64,000 nt of DNA from an uncultured Phycisphaerales bacterium (GTDB lineage Bacteria > Planctomycetota > Phycisphaerae > Tepidisphaerales > Tepidisphaeraceae), in the NCBI GenBank assembly GCA_963844715.1, contig CAWJPJ010000007.1:96001-160000 (forward strand), written 5' to 3'. The notes below the pieces were generated by a model. It did not search any database. It was not told the DNA's origin and was given only the letters and a program-made list of their open reading frames with translations. Numbering within the stretch: position 1 is the stretch's first letter; each line of letters starts with the position of its first letter. Made by a program: the position numbers and the translations under genes. Positions 18,267 to 29,409 of this stretch are shown one piece after another.

Positions 18267-18337
18267 AAGGATTTATTCTCGGCCGGAATTTGGGGCTGAA
18301 AACCCCACTTTGGGAAGTTTGCCGCTATCATGGCCCC

Positions 18338-18562
18338 ATGAAGCAACCGCGTAAATTCTTTCCCGGCTCGGGTATCGTTGTCGCTTTTGCGATCCTGCTG
18401 GCGGGCGGCGCGGGTTGCCATATTACTTACAATCCGTTGCGGTTCCCGCCCAAATTCAGGCTCGATAGCCCGATGAGTGTTCCGCAATCCGACATTCCGT
18501 CGTCAAACGTCAAGCCGATTTGTGTCCCGCCCGCAGCTCCGTCCCGGAGCGCAGTCGGCTGA
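18338..18562 (+). CDS. Putative small lipoprotein
   Basis: MKQPRK + hydrophobic stretch + AGGAGC lipobox-like site. TATCAT-N6-ATG. Overlaps the plsY 3' end by about 50 nt. Confidence 0.45.
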   Translation: MKQPRKFFPGSGIVVAFAILLAGGAGCHITYNPLRFPPKFRLDSPMSVPQSDIPSSNVKPICVPPAAPSRSAVG

Positions 18563-19165
18563 TGTTCCCGCGATGCTTAAAGATAATCATCCCCGGGACT
18601 AAACACGCGAAAATCAGAAACGGGAGCTGGCTGTCCAGGATCGGCCAGTGGCGCAACATTCCCGCGGCGACGTAGATCAGGGGGAAGGCGGCTGAGCCGA
18701 CGATTGACGCGACGCTGATGTAGCGAAATACGAAGAAGACGAGCACCAGAGGGCCATGGCGATCAGGCCGGGCAGGGTGAAATAGGGGAAAATTCCCAGC
18801 AGGACGCCCGCGCTGGTGGCGACGCCTTTTCCGCCTTTGAATTTGAGGAAGATGCTGGCCATGTGACCGACGAGGGCGGCGAAGGCGACCAGGGCCCAGA
18901 GGAGACAGTCGGTGTGATCTTGAACCGTGAAATTGAGGACGGCCCCGGCGGCGACGGTGGGAATGGCGCCCTTGAGAAGGTCGAGGGTGAAAACAATGAA
19001 GAAGAATTTGCCGCCCAGGAGCCGGCCGACGTTGGTGGCGCCGATGTTACCGCTGCCGGCTTTTCGGGGGTTGACGCCTTTGGCCAAGCCGACGATCAGG
19101 CCGAAGGGGATGGAGCCGATCAAGTACGCGGCGGGGATGAGGACGATCAGCGATTGTCGCGACAT
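18510..19165 (-). CDS. plsY: Glycerol-3-phosphate acyltransferase PlsY (frameshift near 18750)
   Basis: AYLIGSIPFG, GSGNIGATNV.R, D.LKG, GH...F.GGKGVAT, RYISVAS, KHRGNI.RL..GTE. Confidence 0.93.
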
Positions 19166-19243
19166 CGAGCATTCCAGCCCTAGTTTAAACTGGGGTTTCC
19201 GGTCCTGCGAATAATTGGGCAATCGAAAATTCATTCGGCGTCG

Positions 19244-19639
19244 CTAGCCTGAGTACTCATAAAACTCTCGCGGCGAAAGAATGGGAATCGATTGATATTC
19301 CCCAAGTATGAGCAAGTCTTCGTCTCCTGTCACCAAACATTCGGCCGCGCCGGCCACCGCTGTGCCCAAGACCATCAGGTCATTGGGGTCACGGCACGCA
19401 TCCGACGGCACGTCCGCGGGTTTAACGATGCCGGCATGTTCCGCCAGCAATTTGACGTTTTCGCGCACCAGCTTCGCGGGCATCTTGAATTTGCCCGATA
19501 GATGTTCGGCCAATTCATCGAGGATTGCCCGTGACAAAATCAGAACATGGCTTTCAAGACAGACTTGCAAGACGGATTCGCATAAGCCGTGCGTCGCAAA
19601 AGCGGCCAGCAGAACATTGGTGTCCAGGACCACCTTCAC
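19244..19639 (-). CDS. PIN-domain toxin (VapC-like)
   Basis: VVLDTNVL, E, CRDP.D..VL..A, LVTGD.DLL.L, I.SP.EF. Confidence 0.9.
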   Translation of the reverse strand: MKVVLDTNVLLAAFATHGLCESVLQVCLESHVLILSRAILDELAEHLSGKFKMPAKLVRENVKLLAEHAGIVKPADVPSDACRDPNDLMVLGTAVAGAAECLVTGDEDLLILGEYQSIPILSPREFYEYSG

Positions 19640-19851
19640 GAGACGGCCTTGAAGACATCCTCGTCAGTGAAGAAGCGGCGGGATTTAGCGAAGGGCACCG
19701 TTTTGCTGCGCAAAGCCTGAAAGCGCTCGACCGCCACCTGGCGGCGGAGCAGGTCGCGGACCACATCGCTCAGTGGCTGCTGCTTTTGCCGGGAGAGCTT
19801 TTCCAACTCGCGCCGAAGCGGATCGGGGATACGGGTAGTGAGACTGCGCAT
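19636..19851 (-). CDS. RHH/CopG-type antitoxin
   Basis: MRSLTTRIPDPLRRELEKLS....PLSDVVRDLLRR...TDEDVF. GTGA overlap with the PIN gene. Confidence 0.85.
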   Translation of the reverse strand: MRSLTTRIPDPLRRELEKLSRQKQQPLSDVVRDLLRRQVAVERFQALRSKTVPFAKSRRFFTDEDVFKAVS

Positions 19852-19869
19852 GTAAGACATTGTATTACA
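19851..19869. promoter_or_regulatory. Palindromic operator over the TA -10 box
   Basis: TGTAAGACATTGTATTACA is 16/19 self-complementary and contains minus-strand TACAAT 7 nt before the ATG. Confidence 0.7.
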
Positions 19870-19917
19870 CTCTGTCCTGGCGAGCAAATCGCGAAAACCC
19901 CCGATATGATTATCCCC

Positions 19918-20461
19918 ATGAAGATCTACACCAAAACCGGCGATGACGGCTCGACCGGGTTGATTGGGGGCGGGCGGGTGAGCAAATCGGATGGGCGGAT
20001 CGATTGCATTGGGGCGGTGGATGAATTGAACGCGGCGATAGGGTGGGCGGCCGTGGGGGCTGAGGGGGAATTGCTCAAAAGTTTGCGGGCGGTGCAGAAC
20101 GAGCTTTTTGTGATCGGGTCGCATCTGGCCAGTCCGGACGGGAAGGCGACGGCATCGGTTCCGGCGCTGGATGAATCGGCCGTGGGGCGGATGGAGATGG
20201 AGATTGATGCGGCGACGGCGAAGCTGCCGCCGTTGCGGGATTTCATTTTGCCGGGGGGGTGCGAGACGACGCGCCCGGCTGCACCTGACGCGGACGATTT
20301 GCCGGCGGGCGGAGCGGGTTTTGGTGGCATTTTCGCACGATCGGCCGATGTCGCCGTTCATCGTGACATATCTCAATCGGCTCAGTGATTGGCTGTTTGT
20401 ACAGGGGCGGGTGGTAAATCAGCAGGCGAAAGTTCAGGATATTCCGTGGACGAAAAGTTGA
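19918..20461 (+). CDS. PduO-type ATP:cob(I)alamin adenosyltransferase (frameshift near 20270)
   Basis: MKIYTKTGD.G.T.L.GG.RVSK, G.VDELN..IG, FILPGG, R.ICRRAER, YLNRLSD.LF. Confidence 0.9.
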
Positions 20462-20466
20462 ATCGG

Positions 20467-21213
20467 TCACAGCTGGATTCTGGAAAAGAGCCAGGCGGCG
20501 ATCACCAATAGCAGAAATGTCAGCGAGCCCAGGACGGCGGCGTCGATGGCGGGGCCGACGGTGCTGATGCCGCCGAGCGCGCCGCGCAGGCCGTCCATTC
20601 CGTAGACGAGGGGATTGGCGTGAAGGAGCATGCGGAGGGGCTTGGATAAACCCGATAGGGGGAAGAGCGCGTTGGAGAAAAAGAATAGGGGCATGACCAG
20701 GACGTTGGTGACGAGTTGGAAGCCCTGCATGTCTTCCATGACGGAGCCGACGGCTGTGCCGATGGACGTGAAGAAGAGCGCGATCATGAACATGAACCCG
20801 ACGGCGAGTAGCAGCCCGCCGGGGCCGTGGAAGCGCAGGCCGGTGATCAGGCAGATTACCAGCATGAGCAGGCCCTGAAAGACCGCGACGGTGGCGCTGC
20901 CGAGGGTTCGGCCGATGACGATTTGCAATCTGGGGACGGGGGCGACGAGGATTTCCTTTAGGAAGCCGAACTGCCGATCCCAGAGAACTTCGATACCCGA
21001 GAAGACGCCGGTGAACATCACGCTCATGCCGATGACGCCGGGGGCGAGGTATTGGAGATAGTTTCCTTCGCCGGCTTTTTTGAAGATGGGGCTGAATCCG
21101 GCGCCGAGCGCGGCCAGGAACATCAGGGGCTGCATGAGGGACATGAAGATACGCGCGCGTGAGCGGGAATAGCGCTTGAGCTGGCGGAGCCAGAGGATGT
21201 AGATGGCGGTCAT
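20467..21213 (-). CDS. ABC-2 type permease (DrrB-like)
   Basis: Six TM segments, WDRQFGFLKEILVAP, NP..Y..DGLR. Confidence 0.9.
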   Translation of the reverse strand: MTAIYILWLRQLKRYSRSRARIFMSLMQPLMFLAALGAGFSPIFKKAGEGNYLQYLAPGVIGMSVMFTGVFSGIEVLWDRQFGFLKEILVAPVPRLQIVIGRTLGSATVAVFQGLLMLVICLITGLRFHGPGGLLLAVGFMFMIALFFTSIGTAVGSVMEDMQGFQLVTNVLVMPLFFFSNALFPLSGLSKPLRMLLHANPLVYGMDGLRGALGGISTVGPAIDAAVLGSLTFLLLVIAAWLFSRIQL

Positions 21214-22007
21214 CGCCGCCCCCACATTTTTCGGCTTAGGCGCATCTGATCGGAACTGTTGGCCTCCTCCTCACGGATGGCGCGGCCGGTGAGGGAGATG
21301 AAGGCGTCCTCGAGGTTCGCCGCGCCGGCGGCGGTTTTGAGGGCCGCGGGGGTGTCGTTGGCGACGATCCGGCCGTGATCGATGACCGCGATCCGGTCGG
21401 CGACGCGATCGGCTTCTTCCATGTAGTGCGTGGTGAAAAAAACCGTAACCGTTTCGTCCCGGCTGAGTTGCTTGATGAGTCCCCAGATGCGGTTGCGAGT
21501 TTGTGGATCGAGGCCGATGGTCGGCTCGTCGAGGAAGATGATCCGCGGCTCGTGCAGCAGCGCGCGGGCGATTTCCAGGCGGCGCTTCATGCCGCCGGAG
21601 AAGCGCTTGACGAGATCGGTGCGGCGGTCCCAGAGTTCCATGATCTGGAGGAGCATTTGCGTGCGCTGGCGGCGCACGCGGCGCGGGACGCCGTAGAGTG
21701 CGCCGTGAAAATCCATATTTTCGGCGGCGGTGAGATTGTCGTCGACACTGGGATCCTGAAATCCGATGCCGAAGCTTTTGCGGACTTCCTTGGGCTGGCG
21801 GGTGGGGTCGAAACCGTTGACCCGGATCGAGCCGCTGGTCGGGCGGAGGATCGTGGTGAGCATTTTGATGGTGGTGGTTTTTCCCGCGCCGTTGGGCCCG
21901 AGGAAGGCGAAGACCTCCCCCGCTTGCACCTGGAAAGAGACGGCGTCAACGGCGGAGAATGAGCCGAAGCGGCGCGTGAGGTCGGCCACTTCGATGATCG
22001 AACTCAT
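21210..22007 (-). CDS. ABC ATP-binding protein (DrrA-like)
   Basis: GPNGAGKTT, FSGGMKRRLEIAR, LDEPT.GLDP, TTHYMEEA. Confidence 0.93.
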   Translation of the reverse strand: MSSIIEVADLTRRFGSFSAVDAVSFQVQAGEVFAFLGPNGAGKTTTIKMLTTILRPTSGSIRVNGFDPTRQPKEVRKSFGIGFQDPSVDDNLTAAENMDFHGALYGVPRRVRRQRTQMLLQIMELWDRRTDLVKRFSGGMKRRLEIARALLHEPRIIFLDEPTIGLDPQTRNRIWGLIKQLSRDETVTVFFTTHYMEEADRVADRIAVIDHGRIVANDTPAALKTAAGAANLEDAFISLTGRAIREEEANSSDQMRLSRKMWGRR

Positions 22008-23632
22008 CGCTGCACGGGCGGGAGCATGAGGGTCTTGACCCGCAGAATATTGGGGCGGGCCTTGAGACGATTGATCAGGCTCTCCGGGGGCTGGCTGTCG
22101 GTTTTGATGACCATGAGCGCGGTTGCCTTGCCATCCTGGCCGTAGTCGCGGCTGATGACCATATCGGCGATGTTAACCTGGGCGTCGCCGAAGCTGCTGC
22201 CGACGGTGCCGATCACGCCGGGCTGATCCTGATTGACGATGAGGACCATGTTCCCTTCGGGGATCATGTCCATGCTGTAGTTATCGATGCGGAGGACGCG
22301 CGGCAGGCCGTCGGCGTAGACGGTTCCGAGGACGCGATGGGATTGCCCATCGGGCCCGTCGGCGCGGACGCCGATGATGTCTCCGACAAGTCCGGCGGGC
22401 GGGCTGGCTTCCTGGATCGCCACCAGTTCGATTCCGCGGCTGCGCGGCGACGTGCTCGACGTTGATCACATTCACATCGGTATTGAGGTGAGGCCGGAGC
22501 AATTCGACGGCGGCGAGGCGCTGGAGCGTCGCCATCAGCTTGGGAGCGCGCGTGCCGCTGACACGGAGAGTAACCGTCTTGTATCCCGTATCGCACAGCG
22601 GCGCAGGAGCGCGCCGATGCGGCGTGCGAGTTCGGCGAAGGGGCGCTCGTCGGCGGGGAGATCGAGCTTCAAGCCGCCGGCGTTGACCGCGCCGCGGATT
22701 TCCCCGCTCTTGAGATAGGCGAGAATCGCTTTGCAGGCGTCGACGGAAACGGCGGTTTGGGCCTCATCGGTGCTGGCGCCGAGGTGTGGGGTGAGGACGA
22801 CGTTTTCGAGGCTCAAGAGCGGATGATCCTTCGGCGGCGGCTCGACGGCGTAAACGTCGATGGCGGCGCCGGCGATTTTCTTTTCCTTGAGCGCGTCGGC
22901 CAAAGCGATCTCGTCGAGCACCTCACCGCGGGCGTCGTTGACGACGAGGAGATTGGGGCGGCATTTGGTCATGAGGCGATCGCGATTGAGTAGGTGCTTG
23001 GTGCCTTCGCCGCCGGGGACGTGGAAGGTGATGACGTCGATCTGGCCGAGAAATTCGTCGAAATCGCGAACGAGTTTGACGCGGCCGTCGAGGGCCGTGG
23101 GGGCGGTGAAGAAGGGGTCATAGGCGATGACGCTCATCTCCATCGCCAGGGCTCGGGAGGCGACGGTGCGGCCAATGCGCCCCAGGCCGACGACGCCGAG
23201 CGTTTTGCCGGCAAGCTGCGTTCCCTGGTAGACGCTGCGCTTTTTCCATTCGAGCTGGCCGCCTTTTAGGGCCGCATGGGCCTGAGGGATTTTCCTGGCC
23301 AGGGAGAGCATCAGGGCCAGGGCATGCTCGGCGGTGGAAAGCGTGCTGGCTTCGGCGGTGTTGAGGACGAGGATACCCTTGGCGGTGGCGGCTTCGAGAT
23401 CGATGTTGTCGACCCCGACGCCGGCGCGGGCGATGGCCTTGAGCTTGCCCGGCTTGGCGAGCACCTTGGCGGTGACCTTGGCGCCGGAGCGGACGATCAG
23501 GGCATCGTACTCGCCTACGACGGCGGCGAGTTCGTCTTCCTTCAGGCCCACTTTGGCGTCAAATTCCGCCTGGTTTTGTTTGAGGAAATCGAGTCCTTCT
23601 TCGGCAAGTTTGTCGGCGACCAGAATACGCAT
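22004..23632 (-). CDS. serA: D-3-phosphoglycerate dehydrogenase with C-terminal ACT domain (frameshifts near 22590 and 22440)
   Basis: RAGVGVDNID, GKTLGVVGLGRIG, ARG, LTPHLGAST.EAQ. ACT domain NQDQPGVIG...NIA in ORF 22004..22423. Confidence 0.92.
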
Positions 23633-23649
23633 ACATTATCCTTGTAAAC

Positions 23650-25441
23650 GTGAGTGGACCCAATCCTAAAGGTGGGACGGACGCACTTCAAGCGAGGCGG
23701 ATTGCCGCAGCCTTGCTGGGGGTGTGGGGAGCGGGTTTATGCGCGTGGATATGGGGAAGAACGGGCGACATCGCGGGAGATTTCGGGCATGAGCTATATA
23801 TCGCGTGGCAGATGAATTCCGGGCGCGTGCTCTACCGGGATTTGAGCTATCCCTATGGCCCGCTCCCCGCTTGCATCAATGCAATGTGGATGAGACTGGT
23901 CGGGCTGGAGGTGGGATCGGTCCTCATCGGTAATGCGCTGATTTTAGGATTGGCGACTTGGCTGCTTTGGCGAATTTGCAGGCGCTGCGCGGGGACATTT
24001 GCGGCGATTGTTGCAACGGCGTTTTTCCTGCCGGTCTTTGCGTTCAGTTGTCCGACGCGAATCACGGGGTTTAATTTTCTGACGCCTTATGCGCCGGGGA
24101 TTGTGCATGGGTTTGTCTATTGCCTGGCGGCGATTGAGATGCTTTTGCAATATCACGAGCGCGGGCGGCGGGTGTGGGCGGCGCTGGGGGGATTGTTCAT
24201 CGGACTGGCGCTGCTGAGCAAGCCGGAAATGTTCCTGGCTTGTTTCGCGACGTTCTGGACGGGATTAGCGGCATCCTTTTGGATCAAAAGACGCGTGGAG
24301 TGGAAATCGGTCGGGGTTGCGATTCTGGGCATGATCGCCCCGCCGCTGGCGGCGTTTGTTTGGATTGGGCATTTCACGGGCGCAGGCCGCGGCGCTGGCG
24401 GCGGTGTTCAGCGGGTGGCAATTCGCGACCAAGAGTTTCATTCTCGACACGCCGTTTTATCGGCAGTGTTTTGGGACGGATGATCTGCCGCGAAGTTTGT
24501 TCTTGATTGGGAAGACCGCGTGCATCGACGTGGGGGTGATCGGCATGCTGACCGTGATCGCATTTTCGCCGCGAGTGCTCCGGTATGCGCTGGGGGGAAT
24601 TTTCGGTGCGGCGGTTCTGGCCGTGATTATCGGTTCGCAGCAAAGCGCCTATTGGGTTGATGCGGACCGGGGATTGTTGGTCTGGGCGATTGCGGCGGCG
24701 GGAGTGGCGGGTTGGCGGACGATTCGGCGCCGCGGCGAATCGTCAAAATCGCTGGCGCGGCTTTGTCTGCTGATTTTCGGGCTCACTTCGCTGGTGAAAA
24801 TTTTCTTCAACGTGCGGACATATCACTACGGTTTTGTGCTGGCCGTGCCGTGCATGATTTCGCTCGTTTTAGCGCTGGTTCGGTGGCTGCCGGACGCGGT
24901 GGATCGGATGGGGGGAGGCGGGCGCGTCGTGCGGTGGGGAAGCGTGGCGATCCTTGCGGCGTTGGCTTGGAATCGAATGGCGACAACCCAGCGCGTGCTG
25001 GCGGAGCGGACGGTGACGGTTCCGCTGACGTTTGGGGGAACGCTGATGTCGCGAGCCGTGGATGAGCCGGTGATCGAAGCGATGAAAGTAATCTCGCAAC
25101 TCCCGGGCGGGGCGACGCTGGATGTCTTGCCGGATGGGTCGGGGATCAATTATGCGATTGGGCGGGTGAATCCGACGCCGTTTGATCTGGCCGATCCGAT
25201 CTGTCTGCATCTGGACGGGGGGGAGGCGAAGGTGTTGGCCGCGCTGCGGGAAAATCCGCCGGACGCGATTCTGCTGATTCATTTCGATAAATCGGCCTTG
25301 GGTTCCAGAATGTTCGGGGAAACCTACGCACTGTCGATTTATGCATGGCTAGAATCGAATTACGGGCTTAGCGCGACGTTTGGCGACGGCGGCGATGAGA
25401 AACCGGCGAAGCTCTGGCTGCGAAGGAGGGAACATGAATAG
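23650..25441 (+). CDS. Polytopic membrane protein, GT-C/ArnT-PMT-like glycosyltransferase (frameshift near 24370)
   Basis: GDFGHELY..W....G.VLYRD...YGPL first loop, G....A...K motif, many TMs, C-terminal extracytoplasmic domain. Confidence 0.7.
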
Positions 25442-25886
25442 CAAACTTAGCATGCCGTGGGGGCTGATCACCCTGCTGGCGATCGGCGCGCTGTTGATCT
25501 CGATGCTTTACAAGAACCCGGCGGGTGTTGGGTCGGGGGAAAAGTCGGCGATTCCGTGGCAGAAGGATTTTGATTCCGCGAAGTCTTCGGCGGAGGCGGC
25601 GGGGAAGCCGCTCTTCGTGGACGCGTTTGCGACGTGGTGCGGGCCTTGCCAGGAGATGGCGCAGACGACGTGGAAGGACGCATCGGTCGCCAAGGCGCTG
25701 CAGGGTTATGTGCCGGTTTCGCTGGATACGGACGCGAACGGGACGGTGGGGATGAAATACGACGTGAGCGTGGTGCCGACGCTGATGGTGATCGATCCGA
25801 AAACGGGGAACGTGATCAAGCGGTCGGAGGGGGCGTTGGACGCCGAGGCGTTCAAGGACTGGCTGTCAAGCGCGTCGGGCGGGTGA
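25434..25886 (+). CDS. Membrane-anchored thioredoxin-family protein
   Basis: N-terminal TM, W..DF..A...A...GKP...D..ATWCGPC, Y.V..VPT. Confidence 0.88.
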   Translation: MNSKLSMPWGLITLLAIGALLISMLYKNPAGVGSGEKSAIPWQKDFDSAKSSAEAAGKPLFVDAFATWCGPCQEMAQTTWKDASVAKALQGYVPVSLDTDANGTVGMKYDVSVVPTLMVIDPKTGNVIKRSEGALDAEAFKDWLSSASGG

Positions 25887-26303
25887 GGGGACGGGCTCCG
25901 CAGCGCGGCTGGGGACGGGGCGGAGATCGAGCTGGGGGATTTTTTTCATGAGTTCCGGCTTGCCGAGGCGCTGGGCGCAAAGGGTGGTGATGGCGACCAG
26001 CCCGCTACCGTACCAGCGAAGAAGGGCGGGATTGGCGCGGATAGCGGGGGGAACCTGCTTCCAGATGAGGCCTTCGTGAAAGATCGATTTTTCGTGCTTT
26101 TGGCAGAGGCAGGTGAGCTTGTCCTCGTCGCCCTGGGCAGCGCTGGCCGCGGCGGCAAAAAGCTTGTTGCGCAGTGATTCGGGGGTGACAACTTCTTCGG
26201 GAGGGCGGGTGTTGATTCGCCGGACGATGGGAGCCACCGGCTGAAGGCGGGGGCTCATACGGACCGGCTTATTGCGACGCGCTAAAAAATCGAGAAGGCC
26301 CAT
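25866..26303 (-). CDS. Hypothetical protein
   Basis: Fills the gap between genes, AT-rich upstream region, helical globular-looking sequence. Confidence 0.6.
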   Translation of the reverse strand: MGLLDFLARRNKPVRMSPRLQPVAPIVRRINTRPPEEVVTPESLRNKLFAAAASAAQGDEDKLTCLCQKHEKSIFHEGLIWKQVPPAIRANPALLRWYGSGLVAITTLCAQRLGKPELMKKIPQLDLRPVPSRAAEPVPSPARRA

Positions 26304-26452
26304 GCAAATCCATTTCGCATTCCCTCCAGACTTTTATTTAATTAATCTTAGGCCGTCGGATTGCACCCATTCCTGCGGCAAGGGGGATTCTTCACGCCGG
26401 GGCCTTTGCGTCAATGCCGATTTGCGAAAAAACGAAGCTTTTTTGGAGAAAA

Positions 26453-27298
26453 TCAGAATCGGGCAAGAATTGCGCTCTCTGGGTCGGGACCGAACAGACC
26501 GCGTGGGGGTGCATCGTGCGTCCAGAGCCAGGAGGTGGGTCGGTCCTGCTCGGCCAGGACCAGCCGCGATGCGATACGGCGGTCCTGCGCGAACAATTTT
26601 GAGAGCCGGTGAGGGCAATTACAATCGCGGCTGCGATGCAGAAGGACGATGTGGCGCGGGAGCGCGGCGCGGCCGAGTTCGCATCGATCGAGAATCTGGC
26701 GCACGGCTTCGAATGCCTGCGGATTGGAGAGGTGGCCGCTGCCGCCCATGATGCGCCGTTTAAGAAAAAACGGCCGCGGGCTGTTTTCCTCCATGACGGG
26801 ATCGTAGTTGCTTTCGATGGCGAGGAGCTGAAGTTCGCTGAATCGATGGATCAATTTTTCGTCGACGCGGCCGAGATCGGTGGCGTAGCCGATCCGGGCG
26901 CCGGCGTATTCGATGACGAAACCGAACGAGCCGAGCTGGTCGTGCGGGAGATGGATCGGTTCGATCGTCAGACCCGGGAGCGGGGAAAAAGGGCGCGAGT
27001 CGAAAGGGCGCAGACAATTCGGCAAATCCGGCAACTCCGCGCAATGAGATCGATGACAATAAACCGCGATTCCGCGGCGCTGAAGTTCGCGCTCCCAGTT
27101 GGTATTAAAATGATCGCGATCGGTGTGGGTGAGGCAGATCGCCGAGATTTCGTTCGGATGCGCTTCGACTGATTTCAGGCGCGAAGCGGTGACGCGCGGG
27201 CCAATGCCACAGTCGATCAGGATCGTCCCGGCGGGCGAGCGCAGGATCGAGCAATTGCCTCCGGACCCGCTGGCGAGGATGGCGAGCGACAAAGACAT
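26453..27298 (-). CDS. MBL-fold metallo-hydrolase (YycJ/WalJ-like)
   Basis: ILASGSGGNC, LIDCG, THTDRDH, PHD, ATDLG, ESNYD, GHLSN, HRS..CN. Wrongly fused to tkt in the ORF track. Confidence 0.85.
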   Translation of the reverse strand: MSLSLAILASGSGGNCSILRSPAGTILIDCGIGPRVTASRLKSVEAHPNEISAICLTHTDRDHFNTNWERELQRRGIAVYCHRSHCAELPDLPNCLRPFDSRPFSPLPGLTIEPIHLPHDQLGSFGFVIEYAGARIGYATDLGRVDEKLIHRFSELQLLAIESNYDPVMEENSPRPFFLKRRIMGGSGHLSNPQAFEAVRQILDRCELGRAALPRHIVLLHRSRDCNCPHRLSKLFAQDRRIASRLVLAEQDRPTSWLWTHDAPPRGLFGPDPESAILARF

Positions 27299-27318
27299 CC
27301 GTGTCACGACATACGATC

Positions 27319-29272
27319 TTAGATAGCGGCGAGAATCGCCTTGTCGCCGAGCTTCAGGTAATCCAGAACTTCCTGCGGCTCGCGGCCGCTCTTGGGAAGC
27401 TGGCGGACGTAAAGTGATTTGAGCGTGACTTTGGCGCCGCTGGCAGCGATTTGCTCGGCAAGCTCGGATTCCAGTCCGCCGGCGTAGTTGTCCTCGACGC
27501 AGACCAGTTTTCCGCCGCATTTTGCGCGAGGTCAATGATGCCGGCGTCCTTGAGGGGGAGACCGTAGGCATCGACCACCGCGGCTTTCTTGCCGCTCTTG
27601 GCAAGTTCATCGGCGACTTTGAGGATTTCGTGGACCATGTATCCGGCGGCAACGAGGACGAGGTCTTTGCCTTCACGCAGGACGCGGTAGCCGCCGACTT
27701 CGAAGTTGTCTTCCGGCTTGTAGAGCATCTTGGTGTCGGCGCGGAGGCGCGCTGATAACACGCGCCGTCGAGATTGGCCATAAGTTCGGTGATTTTGTAG
27801 CAACTGATGGCGTCGGCGGGGAAGAAATATCGGATGGCGGGCTGGCCGTTGGGGGCCGTGACGTGGCAGAAGCTGCGGAAGAAAGCGACGTCGGGAAGGG
27901 ACATCTGGCTGGGCCCGTCGGCGGCGAGTGTGACGCCGGCGTGCGTGCCGGTGATCTTAATGTCCGCGCCGCTGATGATCGCCATTTCGACCTGGTCGTA
28001 GGCGCGTTCGACGAATTTGGCAAAGGTAGAACAGAAGGGAATTTTCCCGCCGGCGGCGGCGCCGGCGGCGACGGAGATCATGTTCTGCTCGGCGATTTTG
28101 CATTCGAGATATTGAGCGGGGAATTTTTTGGCGAACCATTCGGCGTGCGTCGAGTTTTTCACGTCGGCGTCGAGGCCGATGATGCGCTTGTCGGCTTCGC
28201 CGAGGGCGACGAGCGCTGCGCCATACGCCTTGCGCGGAGCGATCGGTTTTCCGGCGGCCAGGTCCTTGTCCAGCCCGACGGCGGCGAGACCGTCGGCGAA
28301 GGATTTGATCTTGATCGGCTTTTTCTCGCGGGGCGGGGCCTTGGCAGTGATGGGGGCGATTTTCAGCTCGCCGTCGATTTTGTAACCGCTGACGCCCAGA
28401 TCCTTGGCGGTGCGATCGAGTTGGGAGAGGACGTCGTTGAGTTTGTCTTTCTTGACCGGCGTGCCGTGCTTGCCCATGCCCTGTTCGGCGGGCGCGCCCC
28501 AGCCCTTGATGGTGCGGGCGACAATCGCCAGCGGGCGCTGGCCGTTCTGAACCACGCGCAATTCGTCCAGGGCGTTTAGAATATCTAGCGGGTCGTGCCC
28601 GTCGATTATGCGGACGATGAAACCGAAGGCGCGCAACTTGTCGGCCAGGCCCTGGTAACTTTGCTGCGGCGAGACGTAATCGCTTTGCGCCAGGTCGTTG
28701 CAGTTGAAGATGGGGATGACATTGGTGAGGGCGTGATCGACGACGAAATCGGCGGCTTCCCAGATCTGGCCCTCGCGGCTCTCGCCGTCGCCGATAACGA
28801 CGTAGAAATTTCGATCGAGCTTGTCCATTCGGGCGGCCGAGGCGAGGCCGGCGGCGACGGACAGGCCCTGTCCGAGCGATCCGGTCGCGGCATCGAAGAA
28901 GGGGACGCCCATTTGCGGATTGGGGTGCCCGTCGATGGGGCTGTCGATGGCGCGAAGAGTCATGGCATCCGCGGGGGTCATCGGGCGGGCGGCTTCGCGT
29001 CCCTTGCCGAGCGGAATAATCATTCCGCCGAGGTCGGCGTAGGCGGCGTAGATGATCGGGACGGCGTGACCCTCGGAGAGCACCAGCCGATCCGACGCGC
29101 CATTCCACGGGTCCTTGGGGTCCCAGCGCATTTGGTGGTACATGAGCACCGTCACAATATGCGCGAGGGAAAGCGACGTTGACGGATGCCCGCTGCCGGC
29201 AGCGGTGGTCATTTCAACGCTGAGTTTGCCGATTTCGATGGCCTTGGTGTTGACCGCGGATGTAAAGCTCAT
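27319..29272 (-). CDS. tkt: Transketolase, single-chain animal-type (frameshifts near 27745 and 27515)
   Basis: SGHP, DRLVLSEGHA, GHP, ATGSLGQGL, GDGE..EG..WEA, IAEQNM, DGPSQM. Stop TAA at 27319. Confidence 0.92.
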
Positions 29273-29409
29273 GGGATTCTCCAACTGAATTTCCGGGAGG
29301 ATACATTCTGGCGGAAATGGACGCAATTACTGAAAGCTAGCTGAATTCTTGAATGGCGAGGGATGAAATTGATTCACCAAATCGAATATTGCAGGCTTAC
29401 AATGCGGTT

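Noticed and set aside
19525..20388. Long overlapping ORFs on both strands at the TA/pduO junction
   Set aside because: Upstream extensions are antisense shadows; real starts are 19851 (-) and 19918 (+).
26453..29326. 957-aa transketolase-MBL hydrolase fusion
   Set aside because: Artefact. The true tkt C-terminus lies in other frames and ends at 27319; the MBL gene starts at 27298.
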